Shown here in pieces: positions 38,493 through 50,189 of a DNA stretch of 64,000 bases (position 1 is its first letter; the number at the start of each line of letters is the position of its first letter). Under the pieces are notes generated by a model. The model saw only the letters and a program-made list of their open reading frames with translations. It searched no databases and was not told the origin of the DNA. Made by a program: the position numbers and the translations under genes. This stretch comes from Haliotis rufescens (Eukaryota). The DNA lies in assembly GCF_023055435.1 (NCBI RefSeq), contig NW_025964223.1:50282001-50346000 (forward strand), given 5' to 3'.

Positions 38493-38753
38493 GAAAGAGA
38501 CACGCCAGGGGTGGCAGTCGACACATGAGGCTTTGGACCCACGGTCACGCTCTTGGTCGACGCCTACCAGTGTCCGTGAAATAATGGCATACATACATAA
38601 GACTTATGTCCTACGTTCGATCCCATAGGGCCAGTCTGTGCCTTTGTTACGCCATTACTTCCTTAACTATACTTAGGATAAGTACGTGGCATAAGTAACA
38701 GTATTCCATTTGTGCGTAAAAATCTTGGGATTGGGAAGTCTTATAAATATATT

Positions 38754-39062
38754 TGAGGTGAGGTGTAATGGGGTTTCACGTCGCGTCCAAGATTATTGCA
38801 CTTATATAGCGACGTGCATGCACGTGTGTCTGTGTGGCTGCTTGTACTAGTCCGGACTGATGCCGATTGATAGTGCTAGGTCACAGAGATACCATGTTTC
38901 ACAGTTTCACATGAATACCCCACTCAGACACAGTATACTGACTCCGAGCCGACCAGTCCTTGTTTAGACCCCTTTATGCCGAGCGCCAGACAGGGTAACA
39001 ACAAGTACCATCTTTTTGGTATGACGAGGCCGGCGGACGCTCTACCACTAGACCACGGAGGC
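38754..39062 (-). mobile_element. SINE family B copy with an internal deletion in the head
   Basis: Homologous to 22254-22591; an inverted tail fragment lies at about 39215-39275. Confidence 0.75.
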
Positions 39063-39534
39063 TCAAGACAATTCGGATATGCGACAGAACAAATTGCATA
39101 GTCGCCTATCATATCAAGCATGGGTTGCTGAAGACCTCTAACGAGCGAAAGCGAGTAAGATACACTTTGGAACAACGAGTTATTAGATAAATGGTGTCGG
39201 ACAGACACTTGATCATGCACGTCGCTATATAAGTGCATAATCTTTAACGTTACGTTAAACCCCATTTCACCTCTCCTGCAATGAAAGAATGACTATGTTG
39301 GATTTTTTATGTAAATGTCACATATAAATACAACTTTTTGAATTTGAAACCAATGCACAATGCTGAGTTTTTACAGACAGACAATAGTTTATTAACGTCT
39401 CACTCCTGTACATACATAAAACAGCTTTATACAACTTGACATAGATAAAATGTACAGAACCATTCAGTAGAATTATGAGAGACGAATTATCACAGAATTT
39501 ATACATAAATGATATAAAGATATATAGTAAAAAG

Positions 39535-42500
39535 TTATCCATATAAAAGATGTTTTCTACGATTAAGAATTAAAAAGCAGACTTTGGCAAGTATAAAACA
39601 CACACTGGAGTCACTGAAAATAAAACAAAGTTTGTCGACATCAGGCATATCTAAAACATTATAAGATTTAGCAATACATTCATTAAAAAGAGTTGCCCTG
39701 ATATCATCATATAATGCGCAGTGAAACAAAACATGGACCTCGTCTTCTACGCTGTCATTACAGTGAAAACATCTTCTATTATTGACAGGTACACCTTCGT
39801 ATCGACCGGTTTCCACTCGAATAGGAGCCACACCACATCTAAACTTGGCTAGTGCCGATCTATAGTTTCTGGGCATCTTATTTGAAACATAGTATTCTGT
39901 CCCATATACTTGTTTGTAACATCGATACATTCTCAATTTATTAAGCCCATTTCGTCCCTCTTCCTTTCTTAACATATCGCTCCAACGGGTAACATATTCA
40001 TTTTTACACCATTGTTCCACATGTGTACAAACAGAAAATTTATCAATAAAACCTGTAGCGTTTAATATATGTCCTAAATCCATATTATTAAACTTCTTTC
40101 TTACCCTACCATTCCAATTTTAACAACCATTTACAGCGTATCTATCAGCCCAGTTAAACACATGTTTGTTTAACCTACTAGACATATTCTTAAGGCGACA
40201 CCATTGTCTTGCTACACTTTTCCACTGTCTGACAACAGGCGGTATCCATCCCATGTCCCCATTTATAGCGACGTTAGGGGCGTATTTGCCGAGTCCCAAA
40301 TAAAATCTAATGGCTCTATGGTGTACAGCATTTATTGCTGACACATCATAATTACCCCAGATAGCCGCCCCGTAGTCAAGAACAGACCACACCATACTAT
40401 CGTACAATTTGGAATAGGTTTGGAAATGCATACCGCCTATTGTCTTAACTTTGGATATCAACAGACCCAAAGCCCTATTAGCAGACTTCGCTGCTGCACG
40501 TGCCATTGCAGTAAAATCTAAGTGGTCTGTGAACAGTAGACCAAGATAATTATATTTAGCAGCAATGTCTAAAATCATATTTCCGACATTAAAAACATGC
40601 TTCGTCTGTATGACAGACGGATTTCTAAAATGGACAATTTTAGACTTTTCCTTATTGATCTCGATCTTATTTGTGCAACACCAAGTATGTAAAACATCTA
40701 ACAGTAGACTGAGATCAGCTTCATTCTCAGCTAGCAATGCTAAATCATCTGCATATGCTAATGCTGCAATATTAAAATTGTCTACAGTTACACCAATATT
40801 AAGACTGTTGAGAGTATATAATAAATCATTTATGAACAAGTTAAAAAGCAAGGGAGATAACAAACACCCCTGTTTTAAGCCACGGTTTACCGTGAACCAG
40901 GAAGTAAAGAAACCATTCACTCGAACACTGCATTTAACACCCTTGTATAATGATTGCAAGGCAGGCAACATTTTGCCTCCAATACCATGGTGAGAAAGTT
41001 TATCCCATAAAATGTTTCTATTAACACAGTCGTAAGCTTTCTTAAAATCTATGAATGCAACAAATGTAGATTTCTTTTTTACTTTTCTGTTTTCTATAAT
41101 TGCTGTTAGCGTTTGGACGTGATCGATAGTAGATCTTTTTTGTCTGAATCCGTTCTGTGAATCATGGAGTACGTCGTTAGCTTCTGCCCACAGTTGTAGT
41201 CTTCTGTTAAGGATACTACAATACAGTTTATAAATGGACGTAGTCAGGGTGATACCCCGGTATGAGAGGGGATCAGTAGGGTCCAGGGTTGAGCACTTTG
41301 GAATGGGACTAATTATGCCTTTCGACCATATTTGAGGAATCTTTCCTGTATTAAAACAATTATTAAAAATATAGTGGAGCGTTTTGGCGATAGCATCAGA
41401 CTTCAGCACCTCGGCGGGGATTTCGTCAATACCCGTTGCTTTTCCTGTATGAGCCTTATGGATAGCAGTCTTTACTTCAAATAGACTTATGCTGTCGTTG
41501 AAAAGAACATGGTCATTGGCGCTCTCACCGTCTCTCCTAGAAACTAACTTCGTGTCACTGTCTCCATTTAGCAAACCGCTAAAGACATTTTTCCACCTTT
41601 CCAACATTATGTCCTTGCCCACACCCACATTCCCATCCTCCATAACTACTGCCATCGGTATTGTCTTGTGCCTCTCCGACCCTACACCTACACGTCCTAT
41701 CTGTCTCCAGAACTCACTATCACGAGCCGTACATAATTCATCTAGACTGTTCACGGTCTCTTTCACATATGCACGTTTAGCCTGTTGTACACTTTGATCA
41801 AACTTCTTACGTAAAGTCACAAAGCAGTGTTTCAGAAATTGTTTATCTGATTTAGTCCTGCATTTACACCATTTCTTTTCGGCTTCACACATCTCGTTCC
41901 AAAAAGTCGTCAGTGAATCGGACCACCATGGCTTCTTGCTCCTCCGTCGTTTATTAGAAGTCTTGGAGTTCAGCATATAGGACCTACTTTTCAGCTTACA
42001 TCTCATTTCTTCTTTAACCAAGCTAATCAAACTGTCTGAGGCTGCGTCGATATCACATTGTGTCACATGTGAGTTCTCCAAGCGCTGGATAATGTCATCT
42101 AAAGTCGTCAAACATTCCGGTGATGACATAAAGTCACGTGGTATATCTGACGTACTGTATTTAGTCACTCTGACACCTTTATCACGAATGTCCACATCCT
42201 CATGAATATGTTCAATATCATATGTCCATCGCAACAACGAGTGGTCTAACTTGGTGATTAGATGTCCGTCTACCTTACCGACAATATCTGCATTACACGC
42301 TAATACATCTGATCTAATAACCTCAAAATTCTGAAAATTAGGAAGATATTCATATGGCACAATACAGTAGTCAACCACTGACTGACCTCTAGATGATACA
42401 TATGTAAAATCATTCAAAACAGCGTTTCTCCCATTGAGAATACAACAATTAGAGTCAATCAAAAATTCTACAAAGCGCCGCCCGTATGCATTGCATGTGA

Positions 42501-43047
42501 AATCCACCACATTTCTGTCTTGGATATTGTCTATTCCTTCAATAAAATCAGTCTGATCGCCGCATCTACTATTCAAATCTCCACAAATATATAACAGTTT
42601 TCCAATTGTTTGATACTCAAGTATTTGCGATAGCAAAGTGTCCAAAAAGTCAGCGACACATATATTTCTGGTGGAATGTTCAGGGGGTAGGTAGCACACA
42701 CATATGAAAAATTTAGTATCACAATAATGCTTATCACACAGTTGCAACCATAAAATCCCCTCATGGTTGTTGTCTACAACGGTTATATTATACATATTAT
42801 ACAAAGACTGTCTAATAAAAAAAAAAACACCCCCCGAGCCGTGCTTCGCACGTACGTGTAGGGCAGTACGGTTATGGCCGTACCACACGTAGTTATCTAG
42901 ACACAGTTTCTTGTCTGCACACAAGTGCGTTTCTGCCACGCCCACAATATCAAGGTCACAACATAGTATTGATTCACTGCGTATTACATGATTGTCACTC
43001 TCACCGTCACAAGACCATCCCGCCACATTCCAAAATCCGCATCGGAC
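39535..43047 (-). pseudogene. LINE ORF2p (APE endonuclease + reverse transcriptase + Cys/His C-terminal domain) with one in-frame TAA at 40120-40122
   Basis: FWNV, VAETH, GDLNSR, VVDY, LDH (APE); YRGITL, QNGFR, FIDFKKAYD, GLKQGCLLSP, LAYADD (RT). The ORFs 40120-43026 and 39535-40083 are in the same frame. Confidence 0.9.
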
Positions 43048-44106
43048 CTATCTCCTCCCTCCTCTTCTATGTTGTCCATAGCCTGATGTACCCCGAGTGT
43101 TTCTCTCTTCGTCTCGTCTGTCACTTCCACGCCGGTTCCCCTTGACTGACTCCCATGCTCCGTCCTCTGCACGTGCTCTGTTATCATCGCATTTGTCAAT
43201 TTCAGACTGGGGCCATGTATTTCGGTGTCGATTGCTGTCAAGAGTGTCTCGATTAGATCGGTTCACTTGCAGGCGGGCACCTCTTACTCTCACCTTGTCA
43301 TTTCCAATCGCGATGGCGATCGTTTTCAGGTTGGCTTCATGTAGTCTTTGTTGACGAGTCTGGTCATTCATAATAAAAATGTCTTTAAAATTTCTGGAGT
43401 GTTGTAGCTTTGATTTGGATTGCAGGATCAGTGACTTGTCCTCCATTGAGCGACATGTGGCTACAATAACACCGGGGTAGCGTGACTCCCCCCTGTTCGA
43501 CTTTCTCTCAGCATGTACTATGTCCACATCTTTTAATCTCATACCATCTTTGAGAACACTATTTACCTTATTTTTCACATTCTCACCTTCAGACTCTATA
43601 ACATTCCGGAAGATAAGGTTCAGTTTGATGAGATCTTCTTCTTTTTTGCCAACAGCTGATTTCATGTCGTTCAGCTGTTTGTTTACATTGTCGATTTCCG
43701 TGGACTGTTTGCTGTCGATCTTGCTGATCCGATCGTTTATTTGTTTAATTTCACATTTCATATCTTCTCTGACCTCCTGCAGCTTTATGTTTACTGTTTC
43801 CTCCATTCTCTTGATCATATGTTTCTCGAATGTGTCCATTTTCTTGGTCAGAGTGGCAGTGAGAGAATGCATTGCGTTCACTAAGTCTGTCATACTTTTA
43901 TCTTCTGAATGTTTTTTATCAGAGTCATTTCTCACCTCATGATCACTCTTTACTTTCTTATGTTCACTGTCCTGATCATCTGCCGAGAGCGTTCTCTTTC
44001 TTCTGGGACTTGTGTCTTTCACTCTCTCACAACTCGAGGTCGCCATTACCGCCGACACAAAACTTTGTGACAGGCCCAAGTCCATCGCGGCCTCTGTTTC
44101 GGTCAT
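43048..44106 (-). CDS. LINE ORF1p (coiled coil + RRM-like nucleic-acid-binding region), 352 aa
   Basis: Intact ORF with a heptad-rich segment, NLIFRNVIESEGE motif, IFIMNDQT and a basic RG-rich tail. Confidence 0.85.
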   Translation of the reverse strand: MTETEAAMDLGLSQSFVSAVMATSSCERVKDTSPRRKRTLSADDQDSEHKKVKSDHEVRNDSDKKHSEDKSMTDLVNAMHSLTATLTKKMDTFEKHMIKRMEETVNIKLQEVREDMKCEIKQINDRISKIDSKQSTEIDNVNKQLNDMKSAVGKKEEDLIKLNLIFRNVIESEGENVKNKVNSVLKDGMRLKDVDIVHAERKSNRGESRYPGVIVATCRSMEDKSLILQSKSKLQHSRNFKDIFIMNDQTRQQRLHEANLKTIAIAIGNDKVRVRGARLQVNRSNRDTLDSNRHRNTWPQSEIDKCDDNRARAEDGAWESVKGNRRGSDRRDEERNTRGTSGYGQHRRGGRR

Positions 44107-44489
44107 TTATATATCGATCTTAAAAATAATATCACAGATCGTTAGTCCGATTGACCACTCGTCCCACACAACTTACTATTTCTTTTTGTGGTTTGGCGAT
44201 TTAGCTTTATCGCTTTTTTTCTCACTTCGTTTTCTCTCCGAATTCAAAACTGTCCTCACTGGTCATGCATGCGCATGTTAAATAAGCCAAAGCATATATC
44301 ACTGTATCGTAACTCCATTGAACCTTATGAACTGAAGTTGGAAACATTTTCACAACGGATAGTTCTGTTTGTGAATAAGCCATATATTGTAGACGATGTC
44401 CTGGACTAGCCTATGGTGGAGGTGGTGTACATTTCAGAAATACGAAAGAAAACAATTGATACAGATGAGACTTAAACGGATCACTTCTA

Positions 44490-44880
44490 TCAGATCGATA
44501 TCACGCATCACATCAATAACATCGATATCACGCATATCACTTCTATAAAGTCGATATCACTTCTATAAGATCGATATCACGCATATCACTTCTTTAAGAT
44601 CGATATCACGCATATTATTTCTATTAGATGGATATCACTTCTGTCAGATCGATATCACGCATATCACTTCTATGATATCGATATCACGCATATCAGATCG
44701 ATATCATGCATATCACTTCTATAAAATCGATATCACTTCTATAAGATCAATATCACTTCTATAAGATCGATATCACGCATATTATTTCTATAAGATCGAT
44801 ATCACTTCTGTCAGATCGATATCACGCATATCACTTCTATAAGGTCGATATCACTTCTATAAGATCGATATCACGCATAG
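44490..44880. repeat. Compound minisatellite of GATCGATATCAC(GCATATCAC)TTCTATAA units (20/29 bp)
   Basis: Tandem repeats. Confidence 0.85.
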
Positions 44881-45099
44881 CCCTGTAGCTGACAATATAG
44901 ACATGGACCGAAAACATAGCCCTGTATCTGACAATATGGACCTACATAAGAACAAACTATATATTACTGTTAAGTGCGCCATAAAACCACATTCACGACC
45001 TCATTTAAACATGAACACATTTTCAGTGATTTCCAGAGTGTAGAATGTATGTGATACTCCATTTTAGCATGATATCAAAGAATCACTAAGTAAAGTGCA

Positions 45100-45510
45100 G
45101 AGTGAGTGAGTGAGTTGGGTTTAACGCCGCTTTTAACAGTATTCCAGTTATATATCACGGCGTGTCAGCTAAATGTGGGAGGAAAGCCCGAAGTGATGCA
45201 GGCCTCAGACGTTTACCACTTCGGTGAAACCCACGGAGTGTAACGTCGCGTCTAAGATTATTGCACTTTTATAGCGACGTGCATGCACGCGTGTGAGTGT
45301 GTGTATGTGTGTGTGCATGCGTGCGTGCGTGCGTACGTGTGTGGCTGATTGTACTAGTCCGGACTGATGCCGATTTATAGTGCTAGGTCACAGAGATACC
45401 ATGCCGCAGTTTAACATGAATACCCCACTCAGACACAGAATACTGACTCCGAGCCGACCAGTCCTTGTTTTGACCCCTTTATGCCGAGCGCCAGACAGGG
45501 TAACGTCTTT
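45100..45510 (-). mobile_element. Adjacent 3' fragments of SINE family D (45100-45235) and SINE family B (45240-45510)
   Basis: Homology to 63178-63455 and 22254-22591. Confidence 0.7.
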
Positions 45511-45837
45511 TGGTGTAGGACAAGAGGGATGGCTTTGGTGTCTACATTTCACAACATGGGTGGGTGTGGTTTAATGGATGTAATAATGTCGTGGGTATGG
45601 TTTAATGGATATACTATTGTTGTGGGTATGGGCCAACAGGCAGTCATACCCCATGAGCCTCATATTTAGCACAGGCCAGGTGTCCTCTCGTGTTAATTAA
45701 ACCCGGTTTTGCACAACATATATTCCAAATGTGTCGGGTGTGAATATTCCCTCATTTTAGGTTTAAATGTGTATTTATGTATTTTCCATTGGCCCCTGAT
45801 TAAGTAACTTTCACCTCACCTCACCTCTTGTGGAGTC

Positions 45838-46018
45838 GGGGCGGTCGGGTAGCCTAGTGGTTAAAGTGTTCGCTCGTCACGCCGAAGATCCGGGTTCGAT
45901 TCCCGACATGGGTACAATATGTGAAGCCCATTTCTGGTGTCCCCCGCCGTGATAATGCTGGAATATTGCTAAAAGCGGCGTAAAACCAAACTCACTCACT
46001 CACTCACTCACTCACTGA
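45838..46018 (+). mobile_element. tRNA-headed SINE family C, full length, (CTCA)n tail
   Basis: A box TAGCCTAGTGG, B box GGTTCGATTCC, 13-bp TSD CTCTTGTGGAGTC (45825-45837 and 46019-46031). Confidence 0.88.
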
Positions 46019-46219
46019 CTCTTGTGGAGTCTTATTTAAGTATCATGAAGTAGAAAGGACGAGATGATTCTTTTGAGTGATTATAGTTTATATCATTTAT
46101 GTAGATAACAATTGGGGTCGTGCGCTTACGTATGCACCTATGCTTTTAGGATCAATAATGTGTTTACATATTCTTTCATAACAATTTCTCCTATAAGTGT
46201 TATAATCACACCTGCATAT

Positions 46220-47987
46220 TGTAGCGGCCCGGACCCGAACTTCTGATAAACCTCGAAGTCTGGATGTAACTGAGAGTCAAAACACTTCTTTTCAATGAAT
46301 AATTAGTTTTTATTCATGTGGGTATAACAATGCCTTATATGGACAACACAATGCTTCCAAATAAGTAGATCCCTCTGAGCTTTAAGGTTTATTTGTAAGG
46401 ACCAGTGTCAGGGCAAAATAATTATTGCCTGTAACTATAATGGTAGTTTACTGCTATAAATATATATATATGGATGACTTCTTTATCTGAATAACTTTAC
46501 AGTTACTCAGATAGCAATTTGTGTCTGTGTTCAAAAATGCAGTCTATTTATAGAAATGATTAAATAAGGACAAGGGGAACTTTTGGGCTGAATTATCTGC
46601 CCTTTGATTGAAACTGACCTTTAGACTGCCAAAGTCAGAATGACCCAGAATGGATCTCATCGTATTTATAGGTGTGAGAAAATGGTCACATGTCTGTTAT
46701 TGACCAATCAAATAACGAGAAATTACGTCTCTTTACGTCCTTATTCTTTTGAGGGATCTACTTTCACAATGTAAAATCACTGAAATAAAGAGGAAGGCAA
46801 ACCATCTCAGGAGGTAATTTGGTATAAAAATGAGTATTTATACCAATCAATGAATTCTGTCTAATTGATTCACTAATTGCCTTCCAATATCACAAGATAA
46901 ACAATTACGTCCTGCTACATCGAAGCTACGTCATTGCTGCCTGCCGAGAGGACGTAATAACAACAAGCAACATCGACTGGGAATTACGATGGACAATTCA
47001 AAGAGGAAGATTACAAATATCAGGAGGCAATTGGAATTTATCTGATGCATAAGACGTTTAATAACACAAATTGGCCACTGGTATGCTTTGACAGAAGCAC
47101 TGGATGTCATATTTATGAGAAACATGTTCATAAATAGTGACGCTAAATACTGCGCATGAATACATCAGCGAAGATTACATAGTTCCTGATGTCAGAATTA
47201 ACAGTAACTTTAATACACGTCTTGACATATCAACAAATACGATTCTGGGTTCCTCTGGACATAGTTCATTAGATTAAATAAACTTTATAATGCAAATGCT
47301 AAGCATTAGCCAAATTCAATAACTTCATCGCGACCTAGGCTAGCTGTCACAAAGTTAAAATGGCGGGCGTCGGCGAAACACGTAGCTCAGCCCAGATCAC
47401 AAATTCACACAAATATGGATAAATATCAAGCTGCCAAGTGATTGTGATCTGTTTGTTGAAGAACAAAGGTATGATTAATCTGTATCTGATTGTTAAATTG
47501 CGTAACAGTGTGCTTAGAACGATGAATTCTTCAAAAGTTACGGTCAATGCAAAACTCTTGAAACAAGTAAACAACATCGTTTTGACAGGCACGTTGTTGA
47601 CATCGATGCTTATGAGGTACTGGCACATCCTAAACAATATGCGTAACATGATGGCATGGACATATGATTATTTTTACGAGATAACAGTGTGCCATGAAGC
47701 TCTATAAAAGCATGCTATGATCCTCCGATAGATTTCTTACCAAAACGGGATTCAAAACATTGAATTACGTGAAAACGAGGTTGGCAAAAAATATACTGAT
47801 ATATACCTGCAAAACTAATTACAGTTCTCAGGATAATTATGATATAATTCGTGCACTGTCATACAACCATCAAAAATACAACAGGGAAATATTTAGGAAA
47901 TATTTCTAATTTTTACAAGCTGTCATAACTCTCATATTTTATAATAAAGACATTAATATTTATATATTCTTCGTGATGGCCATCACA
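46220..47987 (-). repeat. 3' LTR (1768 bp)
   Basis: About 99.5% identical to 55090-56856 (about 8 substitutions and 1 indel seen by eye). Confidence 0.97.
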
Positions 47988-48002
47988 TCATCCCCCTCTT
48001 CA
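47988..48002 (-). other. Polypurine tract
   Basis: TGAAGAGGGGGATGA on the minus strand, abutting the 3' LTR. Confidence 0.9.
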
Positions 48003-48023
48003 AAGATCAGGTCCCCTGATCTG

Positions 48024-49520
48024 CTAATCCGCTTCAAGGCGAAGACCGATCCTTGCTGCATCGATAGAGTTGATGATCCTGTCTGTTTCCGTATTCCTAT
48101 GGCGTTGGGCGGCTTGATGCATGAGGATTATGGCCCTGGCAGTCTGGCCGTTTATCTTGCCCAAGGAGATGTCAACCAAGGTCCGGTAATCGTAAAGACG
48201 GGCCTTCCTTGATGGTGAGTGGTCCTCTGTATGCAGTAGGGTACCAGGGAGGGCAAGCATATTCCATCTGTCATGCAAGTAGCTCCTTTCAATCCGAGGG
48301 ACTCTTCCTTGGAGGCCCTCCTCCAGGGTCATGGCAGCAAATTCCCACTGGAGGAGTCTCTCATCTGCACTGAGGGTCTCCCAGCTCCTAGGAGGCCAGG
48401 TGATGCTCCTTGCACCAGCAGAGAGGCGGATCTGATGGTGTGTCCAGTCCCTTCTGGCTGGGGGAAGCAGTGGCATGCAACCTGTTGTCAAGATCTTCTT
48501 GGCATCCCTCATGGTGTCCACTTCCCTTGGCCTTGGGGGAGAGCTGGGCCTTTGATGGTATCTTTTCTGTTCCTCTCTTCTTGGGATCTTTGATGCGGAA
48601 TCCTTATGGGGAGACATGCTGGACTTACTCGATCTTTTCTTGGGCCTGGGGGAAGGTTCCCTTGATGAAAAAGGGGATGTCCAGTGTGTAACGGAGTAGA
48701 TCATGTTCTTCTCTATCCCCAGAAGTGATGCGAAGGTGGCTTTCCTTGTTTCCAGTTGAGGTCCCTCCATTTTCTGTCCCGATCCACTTGGCCTGGAGTT
48801 GGGTTCGGCCCTGCCAAGAGTCCTCATCCGCCTTGTGAGGTTGTCGAATGACTTTGGACTCTGCATGGCTTCTTCCGAAATGCCCGCCTCATACACAAAC
48901 ACACCCCCAGGCGTATAGAACAGGACAGTAGCACCATTCCTCTGGAGGAGGATGTCCTTAATCTCTAGTTGCGTAGAGGCGCCACACTTGCTTTCTGAAG
49001 GGTCGTATTCTGGTGGTGTGTTAACTTCCGGTTCAAGACTTATGATTCCATCTGTAAATATGGACAGAGCATCATCTTCTACCTCCTGCACCTCCACTGG
49101 TAGGGTCTTTGTAACCGTTTTAATCGTCTGCCATCCCTCCTCCCATTCTTCCTCTGTTTTTGGCATGCTGCCCTGTGTCGATACCCAAAGAAGGACCATT
49201 TCCCTTGTCTTTGCTGAAAGTGCTGCATTCCAACCTGGAGCTGGTACCGCCCTCACATACGATTCTGGATTAAGTGAAAACCATGTGGTGTTACTTTCTG
49301 ACGTAAAGTCTGCATCAAGTTCCTGCAGCTGTAGCTTGTGCTTCGCATCACAGTGCCTCTTCCACTCTGAAACTCTTGCAAAGGACTGGAATGAAGGACA
49401 CAGGATACAGGCTACCTTGAGTTTACGGTGTGGTGCTGCTGCCAAATGATTTTTCAATTCTTTCTTCGTTGCAAAAGAATTTTCACATGCTCCGAGTCCA
49501 CAGACATACTTGTGAGCCAT
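48024..49520 (-). CDS. Retrotransposon ORF3: 498-aa protein with two N-terminal C2H2-type zinc fingers and uncharacterised domains
   Basis: Uninterrupted ORF between pol and the PPT; CGLGAC..HLAAAPH and CILC..HCDAKH; splice-acceptor-like tttgtgttacag 20 nt before the ATG. Confidence 0.85.
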   Translation of the reverse strand: MAHKYVCGLGACENSFATKKELKNHLAAAPHRKLKVACILCPSFQSFARVSEWKRHCDAKHKLQLQELDADFTSESNTTWFSLNPESYVRAVPAPGWNAALSAKTREMVLLWVSTQGSMPKTEEEWEEGWQTIKTVTKTLPVEVQEVEDDALSIFTDGIISLEPEVNTPPEYDPSESKCGASTQLEIKDILLQRNGATVLFYTPGGVFVYEAGISEEAMQSPKSFDNLTRRMRTLGRAEPNSRPSGSGQKMEGPQLETRKATFASLLGIEKNMIYSVTHWTSPFSSREPSPRPKKRSSKSSMSPHKDSASKIPRREEQKRYHQRPSSPPRPREVDTMRDAKKILTTGCMPLLPPARRDWTHHQIRLSAGARSITWPPRSWETLSADERLLQWEFAAMTLEEGLQGRVPRIERSYLHDRWNMLALPGTLLHTEDHSPSRKARLYDYRTLVDISLGKINGQTARAIILMHQAAQRHRNTETDRIINSIDAARIGLRLEAD

Positions 49521-50189
49521 CTTCAACGATTATGTGTATTCTGTAACACAAATGTTTTCTTTTGGACTCGCCTAAACATCCAACAATGCAGCATATTATT
49601 CCAACTTAAATGCCATCATGTGTAATTGTACTATTGATTATGTCTTAAGGTCAATACTCTACAACCCTGACACTGGTTTGCATGGATCTCTGATAAATAT
49701 CTTAGCCTCACAGGACAATCATAGCTTCTATCTTTACACGGGTCACCTCCATCAGTTCTGTGTACTCCGTTCTCACACGATGCCCAGATCAAATGCCACA
49801 GAAAGAATGTAAACAACATCAAGTCAGCAGGTTCCAGGGTGATCAGGCCTAGTCTTACTGCATTACATGACGGATCCATCATCGTTTGCTGCAGCACTTC
49901 CATCAACATGTTCTTTCTGTTTGCAGATATCTGGCGCTGTATGACACAAGTTGAGGTTCCACCCAACAAAGCTTCAAGTCCTAGTACAGCTCCCTAAGAT
50001 TTACCAGAGCAACCCATGCAAGCAATGGCTTCAGCACTGAAGCTCAAGATCCTTCTTCGGGACATAGATTATCCCATCCAACTATTTACATCGTAATAAA
50101 ACTCCAACATTGTTAACAATAAACACAAACTTCTGAAGTTCAACTTTTCTTTAAGATATTGTTAAGACAGGTTCTCAAGGCCTAATCTT

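Larger units (their letters stand above)
39280..44280 (-). mobile_element. Near full-length two-ORF non-LTR retrotransposon (APE-RT type; RTE-X-like, clade tentative)
   Basis: ORF1 plus ORF2 with APE endonuclease, RT (YADD) and a C-terminal CxxC..H..C domain; ends approximate, no TSD found. Confidence 0.9.

Noticed and set aside
40565-44281. Plus-strand ORFs opposite the LINE (and likewise opposite Gypsy pol)
   Set aside because: Antisense shadows of long coding frames with no independent support.
45838-45915. tRNA gene (GTC anticodon-like)
   Set aside because: It is the head of a SINE, with body, microsatellite tail and a 13-bp TSD; the acceptor stem does not close properly.
46931-47707. 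Short ORFs duplicated at 55801-56577
   Set aside because: They lie inside the LTRs and are duplicated for that reason; no coding features.
48024-49526. ORF3 as an envelope glycoprotein
   Set aside because: No signal peptide, no TM anchor and no fusion-peptide pattern; it begins with zinc fingers.
49631-50065. A fourth small ORF between pol and ORF3
   Set aside because: The 112-aa ORF starts at TTG, the upstream ATG frame is cut by TAG, and there is no recognisable motif.
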